Assembly: GCA_963794325.1 (NCBI GenBank)
Contig: CAWCDG010000004.1
Span: 608,001 to 672,000, forward strand
DNA: 64,000 nucleotides
Reading direction: 5' to 3'
Source of the DNA: an uncultured delta proteobacterium
Lineage (GTDB): Bacteria > Desulfobacterota > Binatia > Binatales > Binataceae
A model generated the notes under the pieces. It ran no database searches and had not been told where the DNA came from. It saw only the letters and a program-made list of their open reading frames with translations. Shown here piece by piece: positions 20,253 to 27,344 of this stretch. A program made the position numbers and the translations under genes. Each line of letters opens with the position of its first letter. Within the stretch, counting starts at the first letter, position 1.

Positions 20253-21140
20253 ATGAACTTTGCCGACCGCCTTGCGGATGCATCGCGCGCGAAAAACAGC
20301 GTCGTGGTGCTGGGTATCGATCCTCAGCTCGACGGGGCCGGCGCTCCGGGAATCCCGCATGGTTACACGCTTGCGCGCTTCTGTTGCGAAATCGTCGAGG
20401 CATGCGCGGGTTCCGCAATTGCGGTCAAGCCGCAGCTGGCGTTTTACGAGGCGCGCGGACTCGAAGGGATGCGCGCGTTTTGCGAGGTCGTCAAGCTGGC
20501 GCGGAAACTCGGACTGATTACGATCGCCGATGCGAAGCGCGGCGATATCGGCACGACATCGGCCGCTTATGCAGAAGCGTTTCTCGGCGACGGCGACTTC
20601 AATTGCGACGCGGTGACCGTCAACCCGTACCAGGGCAGCGACGCCGTGATGCCGTTTATCGCGAAGGTGAGAAGTGGCGGCCGCGGCGTGTTCGTGCTGG
20701 TGAAGACATCGAATCCATCGTCGGGCGAATTTCAGGATCTCAACGCGCCAAGTCGCCCGATTTGGGAATCGGTGGCCTCGCGAGTGAACGGATGGGGCGG
20801 CGATTTCATCGGCGATAGTGGGCTCAGCTCGATCGGCGCGGTGGTCGGCGCGACGTATCCAGTGCAGGCGCGGCGCGCGCGTGAGCTGATGCCACTCGCG
20901 ACGATCCTGGTGCCGGGATACGGCACGCAAGGTGGGACGGCGGCTGACGCGGTCGCGTCGGCGCGCGCGGACGGAAGTGGATTCATCGTGAATGCCAGTC
21001 GGAGCCTGCTCTACGCATATCGGACAAAAGATGGCGCCAGCCCGATCGAGGCAGCCGCCGAATACGCCGAGTCGATGCGCCAGGAACTTAACGCCACACT
21101 CGCCGCCCGCAGCACAGAAGGCCCGAAGCACTCCGCATAG
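20253..21140 (+). CDS. pyrF: Orotidine-5'-phosphate decarboxylase
   Basis: GIDP, DAKRGDIG.T, TSNP, VVGAT, PGYG.QGG, NASR. Confidence 0.95.
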   Translation: MNFADRLADASRAKNSVVVLGIDPQLDGAGAPGIPHGYTLARFCCEIVEACAGSAIAVKPQLAFYEARGLEGMRAFCEVVKLARKLGLITIADAKRGDIGTTSAAYAEAFLGDGDFNCDAVTVNPYQGSDAVMPFIAKVRSGGRGVFVLVKTSNPSSGEFQDLNAPSRPIWESVASRVNGWGGDFIGDSGLSSIGAVVGATYPVQARRARELMPLATILVPGYGTQGGTAADAVASARADGSGFIVNASRSLLYAYRTKDGASPIEAAAEYAESMRQELNATLAARSTEGPKHSA

Positions 21141-21225
21141 AGCCTTGCAGCACCGAACAACTGCATCTTTAGTGAAACCCTCCGCGGGTTTCACCCTTCC
21201 GCGGCAGGGGTGACCCCTGCACCCA
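21133..21225. repeat. Left direct repeat (includes the pyrF stop and a family B double hairpin)
   Basis: ccgcatagagccttgca...GTGAAACCC-N5-GGGTTTCAC...GCAGGGG-TGA-CCCCTGCACCCA; matches 24325-24417. Confidence 0.85.
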
Positions 21226-21460
21226 AGTTCATCGTCACCTGGGCATCGCGCGAACGTCGGTGCATGTCGAATCGTAAGTCGCAACAACCCACCACACGCG
21301 ACTTCTCATCGCGGCGGCGCTGGAAACAACGTGTGAACAAAAAGAGGCCTATAATCTTGTACAGGCGCGCCATTTGATCTACAAGACGAGTTGAAATCGG
21401 AAGGGGAAGACGGAAATCCAAGCACAAGCTGCTCCTCCACAGCCGCCGGAGGAGGTTAAG

Positions 21461-23905
21461 ATACTCCACTTCTCCGATCCGCATTGCGGGTACGGATTCA
21501 AGGACGACCAATGGAAGGATCTGCTGAATTGGTCGGAGAATAACAAGCCGCACTTGATAGTAGTCTCAGGCGATTTCGTCAACAGCCCTTGGCGATGGTG
21601 CTTCCGTGATGCGAAGCGAAAAGTAGAGAAGCTGCGCGAGAAAGCCGGGTCCCCTGAATGTCTTACAGTGCCGGGCAATCATGACACTCGTATCCTCGGA
21701 ATCGTTCCCGTTGCGTGGATCTATCCTTCTCTGATCACCGCCGCTGCTGTTCTGACAGCGGTAACCGCCTTCGGGATAGTGTCGTCTCGCAGTTGGTATC
21801 TTCTGATAACGGTCGCGATTCTGATCGCTCTTAGATTTGCCGTGAGCGGAACGTTGTCGGCCAACCAGGGCGTCCGTATTCTTGGAACCGTTCGAGTTGC
21901 CTGGATCGATCCCGCACTGTTCGCAGCAGCGGCCGTTCTGACTGCCACTGCTTTTGGTGTAGTGCCCTACCTCGGTTGGTACCCGCTGATTGCCATCGCT
22001 GTCTTGATCGTTCTCAGATTTGCCCTGATCGGAAAATTTGAATCCTACTTCCCTCAGGGGGAACACCTCAGAGTGTTCGAAAAACTTGGGCTTGAGACCT
22101 TCACTTTTGATTCCGCATCCGTCGGTCCGTATTGGGCACAAGGGCTGATTGCGCCTCGACAGTTTATCGATTCTAAGGAAGAGTCAAAGAAGCGAAGGGA
22201 GGCCGCTCCCGAATCCCGGCCGTTTCGCATCGGCGTACTACATCATCACGCGATGCCGATCCCTTACGAACAGGAAGCAGAGCCAATGATGGTCTTGCGT
22301 AATGCTGGCGCATTGCTTCAGCAAGCGGCCAGTCTAGGCATCTCGCTTGTCCTCCATGGCCATCGCCATCGCTTCGGCTTTTCGCGAGTGACCGTCACAG
22401 CGGACGCTGAGGACTCCAAGGAGATTGCGGTTCTATCAACGGGTTCGGCTACGGCGGGAACTGAAGAGGACCATAATTTTAATCTAATAACGGTGAACCG
22501 TTGGGGCGCAGTGAAAATCACCCCGCACTGGTCGCACAAAGGATCCCCTTTCAAAGCGGCTCCGTCGTTCTGGGCTCGCTCGTTCGAGGACGCGGCACGC
22601 CAGTTTTTTCAGGTCAATGAACAAGCTAAAGGCTGCTATTGCGCTCGCACCTACAACACATTCGACATCAACGCGGAGGGCGACGCCCAACAATCGTTGG
22701 AGTTCTGTGGGTTACGCCCAATTCGAGGGCGCGGTATGGATGAAGTGCCGGGGACAATTGGGGCAGGTTCGACGGTCGGCCATCTGGAGCGCATTCGTCT
22801 CAAAACGCTGGTTTCTTCCGCAGGTCAGCAGATAATTCCTGAAAGCCCGAGCCGAACGCTCCGCACCTACTCGGCTAAGGTCAGATTTGAGCCTCCGCTG
22901 GACTCGGCGAACGAGCCGGTCAATTTCGCGTTACGATATTACGCGATCAGCTCGTATGCGATGTCTGAAAGGCAATTCAGAGAGATGTACCCCCCAAGCC
23001 CAATACAACCGACAGAATCTTGTTACGCAACGGTCAGCAATATTCCTACCGCCGAACTCGTGATCATTGTCCGGCTGCCTGAGGGGTTTAAAATCAAAGA
23101 TAACGGGAACCCTGGGCTCTCAGTGCTTCGTCTGGACGACAGCGCCGACATCGAGTTGCAGGAAGCTTTGCGAGGCAACCTGCGTTACGATCCGATTCTT
23201 AATCTCATTACCATGCGAGTTCCCTATCCTCCGCTCGATCGCGCTTATCGTCTTGAATGGCCTCTTCCAGAGGTGTGGCCGCTCCCCAAAGGGCTTTCGA
23301 ACAAGCCGGCCAGCCTGAGCCAAAAAGGGATGACCACCAAGGCGGCCACGAAAATGCTGAAACTGACAGAGTCAGATCCATACAACAGCCCGCTGAATAA
23401 GCTTGGGCCAGAGATACTTCAAGTTGCAATTGAAGCATTCGAGCTTGCTCAGGGCGATTCCACGCTCGAGTTCAGCATAATGGCATACGACCCAGAAAAG
23501 CTCGCATTGCGTGTGGCGGCCGCCAATTTTGCTGACCAGAAAGATCCTCGATGGAGTTGGCCGCTACCGTACGGTGATGGAATCGCAGGGCGCGTTTATA
23601 AGAATAATTTCGCTATGGTGGTTGTGAGGCAATTCGCCGTAGATAATGGGTTGCCATTTTACTATCTGCCAGTTAATGACCAGTTCGTTTCCGACAACGG
23701 AGGCGAGATGCCAGCGGTGATGATCTCGGTTCCACTTTGCTGCAAAGAAAACCCAGAGGAAATGTTTGCAGTGCTGAGTATTAGTTCGAACGATCCGGCG
23801 TGCAAGCTGGTTGATGTCACAGAGGAAGAAATGCGAACAACCAACAGCAACTTTGCGCAAGCGGTGGCGAACGCTTGCCTCAGGATATTCGAGACGATAG
23901 CATGA
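21461..23905 (+). CDS. Calcineurin-like metallophosphoesterase with inserted TM hairpins, beta-rich middle domain and C-terminal GAF domain (start uncertain)
   Basis: In-frame ILHFSDPH upstream of the called TTG at 21554, then SGDFVN, PGNHD, LHHH, LHGHRH; C-terminal PYGDGIAGRVY...ISVPL...AVLSISS is GAF-like. Confidence 0.8.
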   Translation: MLHFSDPHCGYGFKDDQWKDLLNWSENNKPHLIVVSGDFVNSPWRWCFRDAKRKVEKLREKAGSPECLTVPGNHDTRILGIVPVAWIYPSLITAAAVLTAVTAFGIVSSRSWYLLITVAILIALRFAVSGTLSANQGVRILGTVRVAWIDPALFAAAAVLTATAFGVVPYLGWYPLIAIAVLIVLRFALIGKFESYFPQGEHLRVFEKLGLETFTFDSASVGPYWAQGLIAPRQFIDSKEESKKRREAAPESRPFRIGVLHHHAMPIPYEQEAEPMMVLRNAGALLQQAASLGISLVLHGHRHRFGFSRVTVTADAEDSKEIAVLSTGSATAGTEEDHNFNLITVNRWGAVKITPHWSHKGSPFKAAPSFWARSFEDAARQFFQVNEQAKGCYCARTYNTFDINAEGDAQQSLEFCGLRPIRGRGMDEVPGTIGAGSTVGHLERIRLKTLVSSAGQQIIPESPSRTLRTYSAKVRFEPPLDSANEPVNFALRYYAISSYAMSERQFREMYPPSPIQPTESCYATVSNIPTAELVIIVRLPEGFKIKDNGNPGLSVLRLDDSADIELQEALRGNLRYDPILNLITMRVPYPPLDRAYRLEWPLPEVWPLPKGLSNKPASLSQKGMTTKAATKMLKLTESDPYNSPLNKLGPEILQVAIEAFELAQGDSTLEFSIMAYDPEKLALRVAAANFADQKDPRWSWPLPYGDGIAGRVYKNNFAMVVVRQFAVDNGLPFYYLPVNDQFVSDNGGEMPAVMISVPLCCKENPEEMFAVLSISSNDPACKLVDVTEEEMRTTNSNFAQAVANACLRIFETIA

Positions 23906-24108
23906 TAGTTGAAATGACTAAGATTTCTGAATCGCTATTTGCCATGCCGATGGGGAAAGCTGACCCGCAGAAGGTGCGGGAGTTGTCCGACCGCCTTTTT
24001 GACGCCTACCTGAAGAGGAGTGGAAAACAGGCGCAGGTTATCGTAGCCGACAACAGCAATGGGTTGAACTCGGACGTTCCTGACGATTCCGGGAAGGCCA
24101 AGCCCTAG
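23902..24108 (+). CDS. Small hypothetical protein (68 aa), translationally coupled to the phosphoesterase
   Basis: ATGA start/stop overlap at 23902-23905. Confidence 0.55.
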   Translation: MIVEMTKISESLFAMPMGKADPQKVRELSDRLFDAYLKRSGKQAQVIVADNSNGLNSDVPDDSGKAKP

Positions 24109-24324
24109 TTTTTCCCGCTTCCCGTCTGTCCCCAATTTTATTACCAAGCGAGGCTCTATCTCGCAGTCTGGCCGAGCCACACCCCGCGTATCTAGGCTAC
24201 GCCCGTCCAAGCGACCTGCTGCGACAGGACGCGCGTGGGGGGTGAGTGTCAATCAGGCCGCCTTTACGGCTTTAGTAACTGAACGCGGCAATCATCGCGC
24301 GGCGGACAGATGGGCTGTCGCATA

Positions 24325-24417
24325 CCGCATAGAACCTTGCACCGCTGAAGAACTTAATCTTAGTGAAACCCGCGGTGGGTTTCACACTTCCTTCGGCAGG
24401 GGTGACCCCTGCACCCA
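24325..24417. repeat. Right direct repeat
   Basis: Diverged copy of 21133-21225 with conserved stems and a different loop. Confidence 0.85.
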
Positions 24418-24462
24418 GTGAAATCGCGAAATGTTGAGGACAACCTTTCGCTCTCCGAAGCG

Positions 24463-25518
24463 TTAGGGCTTTAGAAGGACCTTCATTGCGTTGTCTTTTT
24501 TGGCGTTGAAAATTTCGTAGGCTTTGGGGGCGTCGGTTAGAGGCATTATGTGGCTTATCAGGGGGCGCGGATCTAGCGTGCCTTTTTCTATCAGGCGGGA
24601 TAGGTCCGGGATGTGCGCGTTGATGTTGGCGAGGCCTATCTTGAAGGTCAGGTCGCGCATGAAGGCGTAGCCCATTGGGAAATTGAACGACTGGGAGGCG
24701 AAGACGCCGATTACTGAGACGGTGCCACCGCCGCGTACCGCCATTATTGCGGAGGTCAGTGCGCCATCGTTGCCTACTGCCTCGATCGTTACGTCGGCGC
24801 CGCGGCCTTCGGTGCGGTCGAGTATCGTTTGACTTGCTTTTTCAGTGTCTACCGGGAACGCACCGAGTTTGCGCGCTAGTTCCAGGCGATAGGGGATGCT
24901 GTCCACTGCGATTACTTCGGCGGGGCCGAAGAGTTTCGCACTCATCACGGCGCATAGGCCGACCGGGCCGCATCCGAAGACTGCGACCGTGTCGCCGGGG
25001 CGGATGTTGCCGTTGATCGCGCCGAAGTAACCCGTCGGCAGGATGTCGGCGAGGAAGACTGCACAGTCGTCGTCGATTGCATCGGGCAGCGGGTAGCAGG
25101 TGTAATCGGCCATTGGGACGCGCACCGCTTCGGATTGCTCGCCGCCCAGCCATCCGAGCTTGCCGGCGGCGCTCGCGCCGTAGCCGAATACCGCGGAGCC
25201 GCTCTCGAAGCATTGCGAAGGCTGCCCGCGCCGACAGAAGAAGCATCGACCGCAGGCGACCAATCCCGACACCACGACGCGCTGGCCTTTCTTCAGACGA
25301 TCGACGCCGGCGCCGACTTCCTCGATCACGCCGACGCCTTCATGGCCCAGCACGAAGCCGGGCTCGATGGGAAAATTGCCGTGATAGTAGTGGAGGTCGG
25401 AGCCGCAGATTCCGGCGCGGGTGATTCGCACGAGGGCGTCGGTGGGCGTTTTGAGTTCGGGGTCGTCGACGCGCTCGACGCGCACGTCGTGAGGTCCGTG
25501 GAAGACAGTTCCTTTCAT
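24463..25518 (-). CDS. Zinc-dependent alcohol dehydrogenase (formaldehyde dehydrogenase-like MDR)
   Basis: ICGSDLH, GHE, CG.CFFC......C, DILPTG, GCGPVG. Confidence 0.93.
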   Translation of the reverse strand: MKGTVFHGPHDVRVERVDDPELKTPTDALVRITRAGICGSDLHYYHGNFPIEPGFVLGHEGVGVIEEVGAGVDRLKKGQRVVVSGLVACGRCFFCRRGQPSQCFESGSAVFGYGASAAGKLGWLGGEQSEAVRVPMADYTCYPLPDAIDDDCAVFLADILPTGYFGAINGNIRPGDTVAVFGCGPVGLCAVMSAKLFGPAEVIAVDSIPYRLELARKLGAFPVDTEKASQTILDRTEGRGADVTIEAVGNDGALTSAIMAVRGGGTVSVIGVFASQSFNFPMGYAFMRDLTFKIGLANINAHIPDLSRLIEKGTLDPRPLISHIMPLTDAPKAYEIFNAKKDNAMKVLLKP

Positions 25519-25587
25519 TGTACCTTTGGACAACCTCCGCGCACGGGTTCGGAGAATAGGCAGAATCCTGAGTTCCGCGCAAAAGCG

Positions 25588-25640
25588 CCCTCACCCGCTC
25601 CTTCGGCGCGGCCTCTCCCGCAACAAAGCGGGCGAGGCGA
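25588..25640. repeat. REP-like palindrome, family C
   Basis: ccctcacc...cctctcccgc-N-gcgggcgagg; related copy at 35921-35982. Confidence 0.55.
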
Positions 25641-25741
25641 ATAATCAGTGGCGCGGGACGCCACATCCTAATTTGGGGCGGGTTTGCAGAGGCGGCGAAG
25701 GGCGTGGTAATTCCAGAGTTCCTGATACGTTGGAGGTTCCT

Positions 25742-26206
25742 ATGTTTCAAAACGTGAAGAAAATTCTTTCGCCGATCGATTTTTCAGAGCACTCGATGGA
25801 AGCGATGCGCGCGGCGATGGAAATGGCGAAGGACGTCGGCGCCGAAGTTCACCTGATGCATGTGATCGCGCCGCATCACATCTTCATCCCGCTGCCCCTG
25901 GCTACCAGCGGCGAACAGAGCCGCGAGCTTGCGCGTGAGGCCTCGATGATCGAGCAGGCGGAAGAAGAACTCGCGCGCATCAAGAAAGACGAGTTCGGCG
26001 ATTCGAAGAATGTCCTCACGTACGCAGTGGTCGGCCATCCGGTTCAGAAACTCGTTGACTACGCCAAAGAGCAGGGCATCGACTTGATCGTGATGGCGAC
26101 GCACGGACGCAGCGGCGCCGAGCATATGCTGCTAGGCGGAACGACCGAGAAGCTGGTGCGCAACGCCCCGTGCTCGGTCCTGGTGATCCGTCCGCGCAAA
26201 CAGTAA
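25742..26206 (+). CDS. Universal stress protein
   Basis: KILSPIDFS, DLIVMATHGRSG...LLGGTTEKLVR.APCSVL; GGAGG RBS. Confidence 0.95.
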   Translation: MFQNVKKILSPIDFSEHSMEAMRAAMEMAKDVGAEVHLMHVIAPHHIFIPLPLATSGEQSRELAREASMIEQAEEELARIKKDEFGDSKNVLTYAVVGHPVQKLVDYAKEQGIDLIVMATHGRSGAEHMLLGGTTEKLVRNAPCSVLVIRPRKQ

Positions 26207-26281
26207 TCGAGCGATAACGTCAATTCCCGGCGGTCGCGAGCGCATGACGCGCGGCCGCCGCGGCGCCATTGGAGATTTGGC

Positions 26282-26680
26282 ATGAACCTCGAACAGCAGA
26301 AGGAACGCGCGCTGGCTTTTCTCAAGAATTTCGAAAAAGCAGATCCGAAGATTTTCGCCGATTTGATTACGGACGACTTCGAATTCGAAATGATGGGGCG
26401 GCTGCCGGGAGTCGCGCCTGTACGCGGCAAAGAGGCTTACCTGAAGGGCACACCGAAGTTGCTGAAGGCGATGTTTCCCAACGGCTTGAACATGAAGTTC
26501 CATTCGACGATCGCCGAGGGACCGCATGTCGCGATTCAGGCTGAGTCAGACACGACGGCCGGCAACGGGAAGAAATACGCGAACTTCTATCACTTCTACT
26601 TCCTGTTCAAGGGCGACAAGATCGCGCAGGTTCGCGAGTACAACGACGTAAATCACGTGCGCGAAGTCTTCATGAGCTGA
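26282..26680 (+). CDS. NTF2/SnoaL-like protein
   Basis: IAEG..V, NGKKYAN.Y, KI..VREYND. Confidence 0.88.
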   Translation: MNLEQQKERALAFLKNFEKADPKIFADLITDDFEFEMMGRLPGVAPVRGKEAYLKGTPKLLKAMFPNGLNMKFHSTIAEGPHVAIQAESDTTAGNGKKYANFYHFYFLFKGDKIAQVREYNDVNHVREVFMS

Positions 26681-26857
26681 TTTCGAGCGCTTCGCGATCT
26701 CAGAGGCCACTACCTGCTCCCCCGCTCTTATCTCTCCCCCTCAACACGGATTTCGATTCGGTCGCTCAGTCGAAAATGACCCAAACCGGAAGTGTGGTCA
26801 GCGGGTCGCGGAGAATTGGATCAGCGGATAATGGGCTCAGGGAGCCACTCAGAGCGG

Positions 26858-26931
26858 AAAAATAAGGGCCAGGCAGATTGCTCTACCCGGCCCGTAGCCA
26901 ACCGGGAAAAGGGGGGCAAACCCCGGCCAGC
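26858..26931 (-). ncRNA. Candidate small RNA: C-rich-loop hairpin followed by an intrinsic terminator
   Basis: Two stems whose G-U pairs work only on the minus strand, a GCAA tetraloop and a U tail; upstream TTGCAA-N16-TAGAAT. Confidence 0.5.
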
Positions 26932-27018
26932 AATTTGTATTCTATACAACTGCGCGCGTGTTGCAATAACAATCAGGACGGCTCGTTTTATAGTTTTTGA
27001 GCGCTCTTTTGCTCGGGC

Positions 27019-27288
27019 TCAGACCCGACCGCCGCCTAGCGCGGGGATGAAATGCACTTCGCTGTCCTCGTTAACAGTGTCGAGGACGCCGCCAGTCGCG
27101 ATTTCCCCGTCGATCGACACCGCAATAGACGGCCGGATGTCGCCTTCTTGTAGTAACTGCTGGTCTATCCCTGGAAACTGATCGCCAAGTTCCCGGACGA
27201 TCTCGCGAATTGATTTTCCCGAGACGTTCACGCGCTCCCGGCCGCCGGTAAACTTGCGTAAGAGTGCGGGGATGACAACGGTCGGCAT
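27019..27288 (-). CDS. MoaD/ThiS-family sulfur carrier
   Basis: V.IP..LR..TGG and C-terminal IPALGGGRV. Confidence 0.85.
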   Translation of the reverse strand: MPTVVIPALLRKFTGGRERVNVSGKSIREIVRELGDQFPGIDQQLLQEGDIRPSIAVSIDGEIATGGVLDTVNEDSEVHFIPALGGGRV

Positions 27289-27344
27289 TGCAAAATTAAA
27301 AGGGGCGAGCGATGTACGCCCGCCCCCTTGTTGATCACTCCCGA

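Noticed and set aside
19667-21287. Long alternative ORFs (383 and 504 aa) and similar ones such as 34604-36019 and 6172-7242
   Set aside because: They are shadow or antisense frames of well-supported genes, expected in high-GC DNA, with Arg/Ala-rich composition and no motifs.
21133-24417. Integron cassette, prophage or IS element
   Set aside because: No integrase or transposase, no attC-type RYYYAAC/GTTRRRY ends recognised and no phage genes.
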